From positions 16,554,001-16,618,000 of the forward strand of contig CM022668.1 of the NCBI GenBank assembly GCA_012295275.1: 64,000 nucleotides of DNA. Reading direction: 5' to 3'. A program made the position numbers and the translations under genes. Source of the stretch: Chrysomallon squamiferum. Taxonomy: Eukaryota > Animalia > Mollusca. The notes under the pieces are model-generated. The model was not told the origin of the DNA. It did no database searches and saw nothing but the letters and a program-made list of their open reading frames with translations. Below, in pieces: positions 13,616 to 30,480 of this stretch; position 1 is the first letter of the stretch, and the number at the start of each line of letters is the position of its first letter.

Positions 13616-15559
13616 TAAAGGATGAAACACTAGAACAGACAGAAAAACGGAAAAAGAAAGAGACAAAAAAATGATTCAAAGATTAAATAGAAAACCTTAA
13701 TTCACATAATCATTATCTACTCTGTAATTTAAATCGGAGTTTCAGTGGAAATTGCATCTGTTAATAGAGGTAAAATAAAAACGTGTACGCAATCTGAAGA
13801 CTTCATCGATTTTGTTGTCTTCAGTTCCAGACACCGCGCCGGTGTTACCGGGTGACTTCAGTTACGTAATAATGTTACTTTGTATATGTATATATGTGTT
13901 ACTTTATATATCTCTATATATGTTACTTTATATATGTATATATGTTACTTTATATACATATATATATGTTACTTGATATATGTATATATAAAGTATTCAA
14001 AAGTTGATATGTTTATTTATTATCATTGCTCTTTTGTTTGTCAGTATCGCTATTATTTACATTCATATTTTCGTTCGTTCATTCATTTATGCATGTTTAT
14101 TTTACTGAATTTATTTCCTCTTAATTAGAGGTATTCATTACAGATCCTATTTATATCAGTAATGAAAAAAATTTGACAAAGAGAATTTAAAGCTAAACGT
14201 GATCTCAAAGTTCTACAATTGATTTTTATAAACAAATGGTTTCTGCTTGCAACGTGAGAGACGTGTTATCATTTTAAAATTACTGTAGACGGGAAAACTG
14301 TCGCGTTCAGGAAGTCACTGTCTGCGGTGGGTGACAGCGAATCAACCGCTAAGAAGTCGCCCCACGTTTTATTCGTGCACAGTCAAACTTAGAGGCTTTT
14401 TCAGTACACATGATGACAGATTGTCACGTGACTGCTGTAACTACAGGATACCTAACATAAAACCTAATCTGTAACTGAACGCTAACCCTAGCAGCAAAAG
14501 CTTATAATGACAATTAGCGTTGAGTTTAGTTAACAGTGTCATATAATTCATAACTGTAATGTTAACATAACACAGCTAATCCCTGAAGCTATAGCTAACC
14601 AGAACGTAACCATAATCAGCAATACTAAACAAATCCTAAATCTTGAAACTAATCCTAATCCTAATCACTGTGTAGTATGTCAGCGTTAAGACTCACAGCA
14701 GATATTTCACAACATGTCTAAGATATCTGTAATCCTCGACTTCTGATGCTAAACAACAGAAAATGTGAAAGACTTCACTCTAAGACAAAACAGACAAAGG
14801 AACGATACATAATTACCGAGTTTTCTGTTTAAACAAATTAAACTATGATCAAGTTATAATATTAGGTCTGGTCCTGTGAGGTTACAGCAGTCCCAGTGGA
14901 AGTGTGTTGGTACCCACAGTTACTGAATTACTCCTTAAATCAATAAATTATAGAAATTCAAAATGTCAGCGACCTAGAACAGAATAGTCTCCACAGACCA
15001 CAGCGTGGGCCTGCAGTTACTGAATTTACTCCCAGGGCCAGATAAAGTTTGACCAATTTAAAACATGGACGAGTTCGCCGTGGTCAAACTGTCGATAGGG
15101 CGGTGTACAGTTACACGTTTAAAATAATCAAACCCCAGACCACTTCAAACCAGGGACGAGTTCATTCTGGTGAAGAGAGTGGACGGGGAAATAAATAATT
15201 ACCAAAGTTAATCTGAGCCAATTGAAGTGTGATCAGTTTTAAATGCACTTGAAGTCACTAATATCGAGGTAGACTAGAAACATCAGTAGCAAGACTTGAG
15301 TACAAGAAATTATGTTTACTAAGTTTTCTTACAAGTGTTCATTGATTTTCACAATACAATTCTACAGCTCAAAAGTGCATTTTCTTCCAGTAATATGAAC
15401 ATTTAATCTTCACTCATCGAGTAAACTAGTTTTGGTTACAACGTGTTGGACATTTTGACTGCTTTGAGCTGACATTATTTCATACTAAAACAAATTCCTG
15501 ATGCTTATTACAAACATCTGAATGTATCTGAAACAAAAATGAAAGGAACTGCAAAGACT

Positions 15560-16180
15560 AAATACAGAAAATATACACAGTAGAAAATTCATAAAAGGGG
15601 CCAAATTTGAACAGGAAAGAACTTAGAATAACAGCACCAAAACAAAATCGTAAATTGTGCAGATAATTGCTAAAGATAGAATTTGCTAAAGAGTAAACAT
15701 AGAAGAAATTACATACAAAAAAACACATAAACTGCTTAAAGATTATGCGGAGAAGAAAATACTCAGTAATACTCATATATTGTGCAATAATTATATAGCA
15801 AGAAAATGTATCATAGATTTGGGAGGAATACATTAAGGAGTGTGATTAGAGAGTAAGTACAGATTAAATAAAGACAGTCAAACATATACTGAACAGTCAT
15901 AGAGAATAACCTATAGAAAAATATTCATAGATATTAAATAGATACAAAATACTCATAGATTGTGCCAGTATTTTAATACTGAAATAATACAGATCGTGGA
16001 AAGATAAATAGACAAAAATACTCATAAACTGCAAAATTAAATAGAAAAGAAAGTATTGAAAAATGTTCAGATTCTGAGAAAAAATTAAATAGACAACTAT
16101 ATATATATATAAATACATAAAATACACATAGCTTGTGCAGAATTAAACAGAGGAAACCTATTTAAAACTACTGTGAAAGA
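15560..16180. repeat. Old degenerate A-rich tandem repeat
   Basis: Recurring AAATACTCATA(G/A)ATTGTGC and AATTAAATAGA blocks. Confidence 0.55.
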
Positions 16181-17210
16181 ATTAAACAGAGAATACGAGA
16201 CAAGGAAAGAAGTGAGAGCCTACGTTACCAGAACGATAATGCTTCCATTACTCTGACCTTAAACCAGCGGGCCGACGTCCCTGTCGTCGGAGTAGCTGCT
16301 ACAAATGAACTATTGTCTGTGACGGAGCTGGATGTGCACACCCTTAACTGTTACACAACAACTCTGCTCATTTTCCTAATGTTATCACACACAAACAGCC
16401 AACCGTGGAAAACAAATACCAAAACGTTTTAGAGTAAAAGTGCGCGTGATAGAAAAATCTCGACGGATGGATACCATAGCAAAACGAGAACTAATTCAAT
16501 ATATATTTATATATAATCGTACTAGTATCTTTATGTTATTTTATTCAAACACAAATATACCCCCAAAAATACGCAAACACTGTCGAACACAAAACACAAA
16601 AACAAAAATGAATGCAATGACACCAAAAAGTTGATGACTAAAGTGATCTAATCATCAGATAAATGATTTAACAGACATGGACCTAGATTTAAAAAAAAAA
16701 AAAAAAAAAGATCCTTCAGTAACATTTAACATGCAAACGTCACATATACAATTCTGTCACTTTATATAAGCACAGAAAAACTGAAAGTAATGCAGAAATA
16801 TGTAGACAGCTATATAGAAAGATTGGAAACGATTAGATTAGAGAAATAGATAATTAGATAGATAGATACATACATACATACATACATCCACCCATACATA
16901 CATACATACATGCATGCACACAATACAAACTTAGACTGATTGACAGACAAATAAGTATACCGATAGAGTAGATAGACACAAATATACCTGATACTTACAT
17001 GCACTTAAAACAAACTACATACTGATAATAAAAAGTTTTATTTGTAAAAACAGTTTTCTGATTTACTTTAGATTAAAACAAGCATGCCTCTGTTTAGTTT
17101 CTTCGGTTAAGATTCGAGTTTTTGAAATGAACGAATCACTCTGTGTAGGTTTACTGATTGGCTCATTCTGTATATGGTTAGGGCTATACAAAAATGTTTC
17201 AAAAAATCAG

Positions 17211-17258
<48 letters not shown>

Positions 17259-18559
17259 AGAATGTTCTCAACTCTTTCATATTACACTGTTACGCTATCA
17301 AAGTATTTGTATTATGCAGAATAAATAATATTGATGCCACTGCCTAAATAATGATAAGGAAAGAAGTCTATTTGCGTAAATTACTGGGACATTTAAATTT
17401 TCCGCTAGCTTATCAAACGCTTTCCAGTTTTTATTATATGTTTGTTTCTGTATGAATATCTTGTTATTCCAATAGCATTTTCTTTTTCTATTTTTTCTCT
17501 TGTTTTTTTTTAACATACCTTATTAGGAAAAACTATTTTTTCCGGATGATTAACTTGAATAAATTTGACTAAACTCGTCCAGTGAGATTTGATCGTAAGT
17601 ACACACAACATTATACGACTCGATGTAATTGTTATTACCCCCCGGAGTGTTTGTGTTTAAATAACAACTTGTTCTTATTAGCTGTGTCATCAGTCGTTAG
17701 TAAGAAAGTGACTACATGATGAGACAGGCTAAAACAAAGGAATGAGGAAAGCTAAAACAGAACTGAAAATGAAGAAAAGAAAAACTATACTGACCCATCT
17801 GTCCGGGAGAAGATGCTCTGATCATCTGTGTTGAGTGATCTAATCATGACGTATTACGTGATTACCATGTCTCCTCCCTCCTTCTCTCATAGAATTAGCT
17901 GTGATCAGACACACTGTTCAAACACACTGTTCAAACACATATCAACACTGCTAAAGTGCTCCAAACTTAACAAAACACACCAGTATTCATCCAACTGTCA
18001 TTATCAGAGAAGTTGAGTTTTGACGTTTATATAATATCATTACCAAACAGCTCCAGAATTAACAGCTTAAACAAAGTAATCGTTTTTTGACCTGTGCTTT
18101 GTTATTAATATACTCCACTTTAAATACGCAAGCCATTGCCTTTAATCTAATTGTAACATGAATATGAAAACAGATACAGTTCACTTTAAAACTTCTACAA
18201 TGATTCTTAAGCTACTGTTGTATCATCATCAGTACCGTTAATTTCTAACACAGACGTTACCAACAGGTTTGGCTTCAGCATATACGTAATCATATACGTA
18301 ATCCACGTTTAATTCTTATCTTTTCAAATTCAGTATTTTCAAAACACTGCAGCAATAACAAATACTCCAGTTTCAAAACGATGTCACCAGGAAAAGCCTT
18401 CTCTTTTCACAAACATGATTATAATATTCGTGTTACTTAACACATTTTATTACCAAATTATTCTTGTTTTTTATATATATTATTAGGAATTTTTCGTTTT
18501 TTACACATTTTATTATCAAATCTTTTGCGTTTAACACAAATGATTATCAAAGTCTTGGT

Positions 18560-18905
18560 TTTTAATATATACTGTTACCAAATTTCTATTTTTAACACAT
18601 ACTGTTACCAAATTTCTATTTTTAACACATACTGTTACCAAATTTCTATTTTTAATATATACTGTTACCAAATTTCTATTTTTAATATATACTGTTACCA
18701 AATTTCTATTTTTAACACATACTGTTACCAAATTTCTATTTTTAACACTTGTTACGTTTCTATTTTTAACACATACTGTTAAAATTTCTATTTTTAATAT
18801 ATACTGTTACCAAATTTCTATTTTTAATATATACTGTTACCAAATTTCTATTTTTAACACATACTGTTACCAAATTTCTATTTTTAACACATACTGTTAC
18901 CAACT
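18560..18905. repeat. 30-bp minisatellite
   Basis: Unit ACTGTTACCAAATTTCTATTTTTAA(C/T)A(C/T)AT, about 11 copies with two truncated; diverged copies extend over roughly 18430-19020. Confidence 0.95.
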
Positions 18906-19994
18906 CCTTCGTTGTAAACACAGATTATCATCAAATTCTTTTTTAACACGCATTAATATCAAATCCTTCGTTTTTAACACACATTAATATCAAATCCTTC
19001 GTTTTTAACACACATAATTGTAAAACTATTGCCTTGTAAAGTGTATCCTATTATACACATGTAATCGACTGTTAACACATATGATTATCAGAACGCACAG
19101 ACTGTAACACTGATATAATTATCCTGCTGTTATTTAAATTCTAATCTCGTTACTGACATCTCTTCCTGTTTGACACGTACATCATGGTCAGAACTCTGTT
19201 TGTTTCAACAGTCGCCACCAGGAAATAAATTATGCATTCCACCTTCAACTTAATGCTGTATACTTCAACTGTTTACATATTCAAACTGTATGACAAAGTT
19301 TCTGGTAAAGCAAACTGGACAAAACCGCTCAAACAAATGCATAATTATATTCATCTTTCTGACAAATGATGCAAACCTGAAACTAAATAAGACCTGAGAG
19401 AGGGACCCCAGAGACTTGCCTCCCTTTAGTGGGAGTTTCGCGGAATATTTTATGAATTATAGCTTTTACAAAGAGCAGTTGCATCTTCAAAACAAGACCA
19501 GCAGTGATAAATTGTTGCCAGCCTGGAGAATTGTGGTCGCTTTATGGCTGCGGCTAGTGATAAGCAATGTATTTAGACAACAGTAAACTTAGTGTGTTGC
19601 TAAATAAAGAGAAAGTGCACATACTAATCATACATTGTTAGTTGACATACATGCTGTCCACGTTCCCTTTATTGTCTGTGTCGCAAATTGCAGTTGGAGA
19701 AATACGTCAGTATAGCACCTCCCAAGTATGCTAAATATAACGTAGTCGCAGATATATATTATACCTTTAAATTAGCGTACCCACATCTATACACACACAC
19801 ACACACAGGTAAGCACATGTACACATACATAAACACATATAAATACACCCACATACACATGCATGCACATACGCACGCAAGCATACGCACACACACAACT
19901 ATACATACCTACATAAACATACATCTATACACATTTCTGTTTATATTTTATCCGTATTTGTCTATCTGTTCGTATGCGAGAGATAGGAATACGC

Positions 19995-20365
19995 AGATAG
20001 ATAGATAGATAGATAGATAGATAAACAGATATATAGATAGACAGATACATAGATAGATAAAATGACAGACAGACAGACAGATAGATAGATAGATATATAG
20101 ATAGATAGATATAGATACATATATAGATATGCTGACAGATAGATATAGATACAGATGTAGATAGACAGATAGATTAAAGGTACAGATATAGATATATTGA
20201 CAGATAGATAAATAGATAGATATATAAACAGATAGATAGACAGATAGATAGATAAACAGACAGACAGACAGACAGATAGATTAAAGATACAGATATAGAT
20301 ATATTGACATATAGATAAATAGACAGACAGATAGATAGATAGATAGATAGATAGATACAGAGAGA
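19995..20365. repeat. (GATA/GACA)n microsatellite
   Basis: Direct reading. Confidence 0.9.
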
Positions 20366-21029
20366 TAGAGAGCGTGAGCTAAAATAAAAAAAGTACAAAG
20401 AGCTAAAGAGATAATAAGAGGAAGTTCTCTGTACAGCGTGTGTGTAGGTGTAATTAAAATACACGTAGACACAAATCCTCACATAATACGGAATACAGCA
20501 TCTGAAAGAAAATCCAGTTTACCTAAAAACATGACCTACTTTTAACGGATTAAAGACAGAAGGAGTTAACAAAGAAGTAATAATCTAATTCACAGTAAAA
20601 CATCTGTGTAATTAGTTTTAAGCTGTTCACTGTGGATAGCTATAACGACGTTTGTAGAGAAGATAAGTGTTTGCAGAAACTGGGACGTGTTTTCAAATTG
20701 TGTTATTTGTAGGCTTGCATCGTCCACTCCCCCGTGTGCTGCGTGTGATTAATGTAATAGTGTGCGTGTTGTTGATCACGTTTGGCAGGGACGTAGACGG
20801 GTAATTCTGTATGTTTATCAGTGAAACACGACGCCTCTCGCTGGGAAACAAGTTGCGACTTCTCTCCGTCGTGTTGGAGCAGAAGTAATGAAGTGAGATA
20901 GCTACGTACACACAGCAGCGACGACGTCATCAGATGTTCTCTTGTTATTAAATAAACTGTTGCACGTAATGACTATTAACCTTGAGATAACCAGCTAACA
21001 TGCTATACTCTTATTATTTAACCATCTTC

Positions 21030-21670
21030 TCTAGAATATATAGTCATAGACCTTTATTTTATACGGTTATTATTTAATAAGTTATAGATCTTCATCTGCA
21101 TACATTTTATATTTTTATTGTTTAATAAATTACGGTCTTCTGCAATATATTACAATTATAGACCTTGACTTTATCAGTACAAACGTTATATTGTTATTTC
21201 TTAAATTATTGACCATTAGAAACTCATGACTTGAATAGTGCAGATCTTGTCTTATTATTATCAAATAAATTATAGACCTTTCGCAGCACATTATAAATAC
21301 GTACATTAACTTGCACACAGTTATATTTAGTATATAAATTATAGACCTGAAGCACATAATAATATAAATCTTTACTACACACACAGAGATATAATTAGTA
21401 AATAAATGATAGACCCTGTGTACCAAATAATTATATACCTTGACTTGACTATTAAAAATGTTATATTGTTATTATTTGATAAATTAAAGGCTTTGTGTGT
21501 AGAACATAGTCATACCTTTATTATTTAGAAAGTTGTAGACCTTCTTTATTACTGGTATTTTTAATAAATAATCATAAACGTTCAGTACTACATTATTTAA
21601 TTTTTAATGAGTTATAGACCTGTTGTTATGTTATACTTTTCTTTTACCAGATAACTATATACTTTTACAA
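21030..21670. repeat. Degenerate tandem repeat
   Basis: Recurring AATTATAGACCT core. Confidence 0.6.
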
Positions 21671-21775
21671 ATAACTGCAAGCAGATGTTTATGCTGTAAT
21701 TAGTATGGTAGCTGTTTTTATCACTTATTATAATTTTAGTTATTTCTAATTACTACTGTTAAAGAAAAAAGGAAA

Positions 21776-21851
<76 letters not shown>

Positions 21852-22158
21852 TAATTAAATAGAAAGACTTTCACTAGAAAACTCTTCCATTTGCCAGACC
21901 GACATTTAGTAGCGCACACATCAGATACATAATATGCAGTAATTACTGAACAAAATGTGATTTTTTAATATTAAAATTACTGTAATTTCACTTACACAGA
22001 CTTTCATTCTGCTTTGTAATAAAGTAATCTTGTAAGAAAATTAATGACATTTTTTTTTTTTTTTTTTTAGTGAACATCAACGGTATAACTGCGGACTGTT
22101 AAAATTTAAAATATAACTAGAATGACCATTTGCAGTAAATATTTTCGACATACATACA

Positions 22159-22222
<64 letters not shown>

Positions 22223-22300
22223 ATATTTCTCTCTTTTCACCAAAATAAATAAAGAAAGGAAAATTCTATATATTTGATTTAAGAAACACATCATAATAAG

Positions 22301-22334
<34 letters not shown>

Positions 22335-22767
22335 GCTCTCATATTTCGTTTGACTGAACTGTATTTGCAACATGTCATTAACCTACATAAGAAAGAAGTT
22401 TTCGTAGACATAAAACAAAGTAGCCCTACTTTTGGCCAGCCTTTCGGGTATAAAACTAGACCAGGTACTAATGAATAAAGACAAACACACGACTCTGAAA
22501 TGGGGGAATTACGGACACAATTGGCTGCGATCAACAGAGGGCGCTGTTACACTAAACTACTTACACTGCAGCTCTGGGCGCCACATCTCAGACCCCGCCT
22601 GTCACGACACAAACGTTTGTTGACATTCTTGAAGGCGAATTTCAACAAGACGCCAGTCTAGTATGATCGACCAAAACCACATCTGTTTCATCTCAAAAAC
22701 CTTCGTCAGATTCTGATAGCTCATTGTAAAAAAAAAAAAAAAGGGACCACGAAATTGTTAGATTGGT

Positions 22768-23460
<693 letters not shown>

Positions 23461-23531
23461 TCAATAAAGATTTATAAACGTTCACTTTATTACTTTTCAT
23501 TATATGCATTTTTCAGTAAAAAATAATAATG

Positions 23532-23679
23532 CAGGGGCGGACTCAAAAATCCAAAAAAACCAAAAAAACAAAAAAAACAACAAAACAACAACAACAATTA
23601 AGTAAAAATAAATTATATTCTCAGTACAAAAGAGATATCTGCAAAACAGTGCCCCCCTCACATACTGGATTCGACTCTG
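23532..23679. mobile_element. Degraded MITE-like non-autonomous DNA element
   Basis: Ends CAGGGGCGGACTCAA and CTGGATTCGACTCTG are imperfect inverted repeats, with an internal GTGCCCCCC near the 3' end. They resemble the CAGGGGCGGATCCAG-type termini of invertebrate MITEs (recalled, not searched). Confidence 0.35.
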
Positions 23680-25968
23680 TAACTAAACAGAAAATGTTGT
23701 GTAAATTCCAGTTCTAAGAGACGTATAAAAGAAGGAGAAAGTCGGCTCGGACCACTCTCTGTCTCTAAAATAACAGCTGCAACAGACAAATCTGTCTTTT
23801 CTCTCTGCCCGCTCCTTTGTTGTGTAATTTACTCACAAAAAGAGAAATAAACTATTAGCAAATGGGTTTTAAGTCAATATGCGTTTACTTGATTTCTCGT
23901 ATCAAAGCCAGACTGCAAACAGACGCCTGGAACTTCAAATGAAGGAATCGATGTGAAATGAGGTGACGTGTGTCAGATAATAAAAATCATTTTTGTATTT
24001 ATCTTAACAGAATCTGGAAACAAACCCAGAGCGTCATTACACTAAATGTGTTCTACAGGACGAAATCGTGGAAAACCAACACACATACTTACTAGCGTTA
24101 GAAATCTTCTCAAAATAATCTTCTTAGAAATATAACCATTGGTTTTCTTGGGATATTTTATTTATTTATTTATTTACTTATTTATTTATTTGTTTCTTTA
24201 TTTGTTTATCTATTATCATTATAGTTATTATTATTATTATTATATTTATTTATTTATTTGTTTTTATACATTAAATGTGGTTGGAGTGAGGTTCTGTCAC
24301 AGAGAAGTGAGTTACTAGTATACGTATAGGTGTACTTTGTGCGGTAATTTCAAGTTTATTATTAACACACAGAGTTTACAGATTTAGAGTTAAATACAAG
24401 TTTCCATTCTTATCAGATTTATGAAGTAGATTTTTGTTTGACGAATATTAACTGTTAATAACAATATTTATCAATAAATTTTAAATCGTGTGATTAGGAC
24501 ATGGTATTTAAAAAGTAATTAATTTTTCATGTTGGAATTCTTGATAGATTAAACGATATTGTTTAACCCACTCAGTTTTTTAAACAGCAACATACGTGAC
24601 GTTTTCAAAAACGTCATAACAGTCAAATTAATTAATACGTCACAAAAAACACATACCGCGCTGTGACTTTTCAGAATATATATATATATTGTATTTACTT
24701 TTGTGTTTGCTAGAATTAAAACTAATCAACAGTTTTATTTATAGCTATATAGCAGTGTTGTACGCTCCCTGCTATTCTTACAGTAACTTTACATTTATAA
24801 AAATACTTCATCTTAAAGGTACTAAAACAGCACTGATTATACACTACAATGATTTATAAATATATATTTTAAAAATATTCTATTGTTCGTATTCTATTGT
24901 TATGTGTGTACCTGAATACGTTTTAGAAAAAAGTACTGACTTAAACATTCGCAAAGTTTGTACATTTTAAAATGTCTGTGAAGCGACATTACAAATATAT
25001 TGAAGTAATAGTGACTAATTTGTATAATACTGAAACCACTGTAAATATACTATCCTAAATCAGTAGTGACTGTGTACTAGAGAATAACTGTGTCTTAGCT
25101 TTATATGCGAAGGTAAGAATGGCGAATGTAGCTAGTCTCTGCCGAGTTGCGTTCGACATTAAACATGACCAGAATAAACCCGACAGCTTTAGACAGGAAC
25201 CTGTTATTTTATTTTTATCCTGCAGTTCTAAATAGCAACAAAAAAGAAATTGATAGAAGTAAAAATGTTCCATCAGAAAAGCTATATTTCTGGTCAGCGC
25301 TGAGTTAAAATAATTGCAGGATAAATGTTGTATTTGTTTTTGTTCAAAGAGTTTTACAGTTTTCTGAACTTTCATTAACTGTTATTTACGTATAATTCAC
25401 CTAATATCGTTAAGAAATATACGTAAATAATTACAAAGAGTTTCTTTTGCTATTTTAGTTTCTTTTTAATTTTATTTGTAGTAAATGTATCTGCTATGTG
25501 GACATTAGCATGACCAGGTTTAGTCATAAACTGAACAAACTGTAGATTAAAAGCCTCACATAGCCGTATTCTGTTGTGTTAGTGATTTATTTTCAGTGAA
25601 TGTTTTATCGTTATATAATTATATATGACGACTGTTATTGTGCAAAATAAATTACTGACGTTGTTAACACATGACAGTACGGTCTGTACAATTTCCCATA
25701 ATTCAATGTCTCTAAATCTTTCTTTATCTAAGAACAAATTTAAACTTCATATTTTTTACTAATTGGGCTGTTGAAAACATATTGTCAGATACGACTTCGT
25801 TTTCAAACAGATCAGTAACCCAGACCTGTAATCCAGTGGTAAGCACACAGTCTGTGTTGTCAAGCAGGATGGCTGTGACGTTTTGTAACATAGCTCTTCC
25901 TTCCTTCTGCATTAAACAGTCTTTGAAAAAACACCGGTTCATAGTGTTAGAATATAAAGTCTAGAACG

Positions 25969-26056
<88 letters not shown>

Positions 26057-27161
26057 ATGTTTGCGCGTGTGTATGTGTGTATAGCCAACCTTTAATGTAC
26101 AATAAGCTCTGTGATTTAGCGATCTACATATTATATAGGTAGATTTACGTATTATATAAATCCAGAATTACACTTTTGATTGTGTATTACCAAATACAAC
26201 TCTTTTTCCAAGGCTTAAAGATTCTCAGACTAAATCAAGTTTAGATGTTAAAAATAGATTGTCAAACGTTTCCCACTGCTTATAACCTCGCCGTATTTAA
26301 AATTGTTTAAAACCGCCAGATTTATTGCCAAATAAGTCTCTACATCTAACAACTTATAACTGGCCTTATCTAAATCCCGTTTTAAATATATTGGCAAATA
26401 CAGTTCTTTATGCGAGAGCTTAGAGCCAGCTGAGTCTAGTTCCAACCTCGATTATTCAACACGTTCAGAAGCCTGGTGAAAAGTGTCTATCAGACAGGTT
26501 GTGGTGAGAATGAGCAGAGAGAGGCTGGTTATTGACCGCGCATTGTTAAAACGTGTTCTTCTTCAACGAGTTGGTCGTGTACTGGCTTTTAACAGGTGAC
26601 ACCGCATTTTACCAAAACGGGAAACGTAACGTCAATTTCCAGTTCCGTTATTTACGATCCTAGTTTCGTAACCATGGCTTTAAACCACAAAAATGAAACA
26701 GTATTTCCCTTCCCAGCGTGATTCTAGAATTTTTCAGAAAATTTCAGTTCTGTAGTGATAAAAGAAATAAAAAAATAAAGTAGATCAAACATTACTATCA
26801 TCATAACCATCATCATTATAGTTCCATTATCATTACATCTCTTTTAATCAGTACTATTACTGTTGTTGTTGTTATTGTTAATAATGACGGTGCTATTATT
26901 CGTCAGTATTAATTAGATAACAAAAAAAAAAAAAAAAAGAAGAAGAAAAAAAAGAAACAGGATTAGTTTTGGGGGCTTTTAATTAACTCGGATATTCGTC
27001 AAAGGATAATCCTGTATGAAAAACATTCCCTATTGTAATGAACAATATTAAAAAAGAAATTTGTTTTTCTTCAAAACAAAGACGTCCACACTGAAAAATA
27101 AACACGTCAATACTATGAGCAGAATCTAACACAAACAGTGTCAGTGTCCACTAGAATTTTG

Positions 27162-27261
<100 letters not shown>

Positions 27262-29299
27262 CTCTCTCTAAAGCTGTCTCTCTGCCTCTCTCTGTCTCTC
27301 TGTATGTCTGTCTGTCTGTCTCTCTCCCTCACACACAAACACATGTAACTACACACTGAACACGTAAATAGTCTTAAACAATTTTTACAAGATTTATTCT
27401 TACCTCAATAAGTTATGAAAACATGTTGATTTGTGTTATCATCATCATCATCATCATCATCACCTATTGACTGATTTAAAATCTATTCACTTCTGATGTT
27501 CATAGATGAAGTACACTGCAAAGTTTTACACTTAAATTCAAACCATATATTTATTACTGATTTTTGATACTGTACTTTTGAAGAAAAGTGAAAACACTAA
27601 ATGAGGTGTTTGCTGGTCACAGCTGGACATTTGTTTGAGAATGCTGGACTCAGATGGTGTGGACACCACTGAGAACGGAAGTGACATCTGCTGCGGGACT
27701 GTCTTTTGTTGTCTCGCTACCGAGAGGAAGACAAGAACGATGACCCGCGTCTGACGTGTCCGTCTGTGACGTCATAAACAAACTATTTTGTTACGCGTAG
27801 CCTAGAAATTGTCACCTCTCTGTGTCACCGATTACGTTGGTTTAATAATAACGCGAAGAAGAAGTGAAAGAAGAAGAAGAAGAAAAAATAAGAATTATCA
27901 TGCTAAAAACAACGATACTAACGAGGTCTGACAAGATACATAATTGTAATGAACTCCAGGGTAATCAGCAAAATGCAGAAGGTAATGACTGACGATACGG
28001 TTTATGCTAATTAATACATACTTAATGAAATACTTTGGATAATGAACGTATCAACATGTCCTTGATCAAAAAACTGTAATGAACAGGAGAGAAAAAAATT
28101 ACACAGTACTTTAGTTTCTAATAATTAATGACATATCATCAACAATGATGATGATGATGATGATGATAATAATAATAACACTAACAATAATATCGTCATC
28201 ATCATCATCGTCATCATTGTCACAATTATGATCATCGTCATCATTATTGTTATTGTTATTATTTATTTATTTATTTATTATTTTAGTTGTTGCTGCTGCT
28301 ACGTAAAATTTATGAATGTCTTGTGTTTTTTTTTTTTTTTATAACTGTTAAAACGTTTTAAAAGTATCTGTTTTTGTACTAAACTTACATTTACTTTCAG
28401 TTTCGTTTTCGTACAGTTCACAATACATGTGTATGAGTATATACTTAGGGTTACAAAGTTTTATGTTGTGTTGACGAATGAATGACGAGATGAAATATTG
28501 TAATCAGAGTTAGAGTCGGCGAATCACGCTTTCGATCTGCAATCCATGATAATATTTTGTGTTAGTATGTTATCTATTTAGAGATAAACCATCTCTTTAT
28601 GTCAGTCTTTGACACGATTCATGTTAGTATGTTAGACAAATAATTAGAGAAAATACTTACTTTAAATTTTCACAGTAAAATCTGTTTAGGAAAGCGAAGC
28701 GATCACAGAAACTATCATATTAAAATCAAAAGCTTATCCAATGTGACATTTATTTAGAATAACTGTTAGCATTTGATAATAAGATTATACTGGGTTTTTT
28801 TTATCTCTTTTTGTTGATGTTGTTTGCAGACAGTTCTGTAAACTTGTTAACGTATAGCATGTTGTTGTTTCACTAACTACAGCAGTTCTATTATTTGTAA
28901 CTAAATAAAGAAAGCAAATGTATTGTGTCCAGCGTGATTTGTTGTCAAAAGTGTTTAACGATTCATTTTCACAAACCCATTCATACTGGCGATTTGCAGA
29001 ATTCCTCCCCGCGGAATTGTGGGTATTTACTTACGAAATAGAGTTATTGATGAAACTGGTGAACACGCTGTTCAAACATGTATTAATTAACCCGTCCTAG
29101 TAAAACGTTTTCATTACTAATTAATCAAATTTTTATTTATAGAAAATCAAAACAGAAGGTAAATATTGTTGATGTAAGAGAAGAACATGTTAAACTAGTA
29201 AAGTATTGTTAATGGGGTTTTTATTCTTTGTAATCACTTTACTGAATGGACAGCAGCTCAGTTGACAGGTCAATTGCAGGTCTGATTTTTCCTAGGTAG

Positions 29300-29560
29300 T
29301 ATAAATCTTTGTAATATACCACAGGTGTGGTTTGCAATAGGTCGTGTACTCTTTATAATATATCACAGGTCTTTTTGTAATAGGTCATAAGTTTGGTTTG
29401 TGATATATCGTAAATATAGTTTGTAATAGGTAGCATGTCTGATATTAATAGATCTCGTTTGTAATAAAATAAATTATGTCGTTGACCTGGCTTGTGATAT
29501 ATCGTAGGTCTGTTATGTGATAGGTCGTAGGTATAATTTTCAATAGGTTCTAGGTTAAAT
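29300..29560. repeat. Degenerate tandem repeat
   Basis: Recurring TTTGTAATAGGTC and GTGATATATCGTA blocks. Confidence 0.55.
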
Positions 29561-29789
29561 GCTCTTCACCGAGTTAATCGAGTTTTTTATTATTACTATT
29601 TTAATTTTATTTTTTATTTCTTTATCACAGTTAATGCTATGACCAGAACACGTGGTACTTGCTTCACGCGTCTATCAGTGGGTGTGTGTGAAGGCTCCCT
29701 TGTTGGTAATAAAAATAAACCAGCGAGTTAGCAGACAACACTCTGAAGTTAACTCAGAGGATAAGTACATAATTAATATCAGTGTCAGC

Positions 29790-30480
29790 AGTATCACTGT
29801 AAAATAGTAGCCTCAAAACAGCACAACTTGAAACTTACGTGACAGTGGTAAATATGAAATGTGACAATAAGAATACAATGAAAATTGATGCAGGCATCAC
29901 AACGAAAACGATGAATAACACTTTTCTGAAACGTGATAGTGAAATCAGTATCAAAGTTGAGAAATATGAAAAATGACAGTGAAATACTGTAGAATCTGAC
30001 ATAAAACCAAAATGAAAGCTGACAATGATATTTTAATGTAATTTCATAATGATATCAGTGCTAAAGTTGACAGTCATGCAACAGACTGTAAAGTTTTTTT
30101 CACTGTTTATAGCCTTGTCTGAACCGTATACAAAAACTTACAAAGAAATTTCACATCGGTGTAAATATGACCTTACTATGAATACAGACAGTGACATTAC
30201 CATGATAACTAATTGTGATTCCACTGAAAATTGACACCGTTACGAAATTTAAGTTCAATACGACATTTCTCAGAGAAATTATTGAAATACCACGATGAAA
30301 ATTCACAACACCGTTATAAACATTTAACATCATACCAAAATCTGAAAAAAAGACATCACCATGAAAACTGACAATGACATTGCTATGGAAATTAATAACA
30401 GTACCACTATGAAAACTGACAGTTTTTATGTTCACTAAGACGTGAATATGCTTCATGCAGATATAAATTGCTATCATAGA
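29790..30480. repeat. Degenerate ~30-bp tandem repeat
   Basis: Recurring CATCACNATGAAAA(C/T)TGACA core. Confidence 0.55.

Noticed and set aside
20445-20470. miR-137-like AATACACGTAG
   Set aside because: Only the 3' part matches; the seed and a hairpin are absent.
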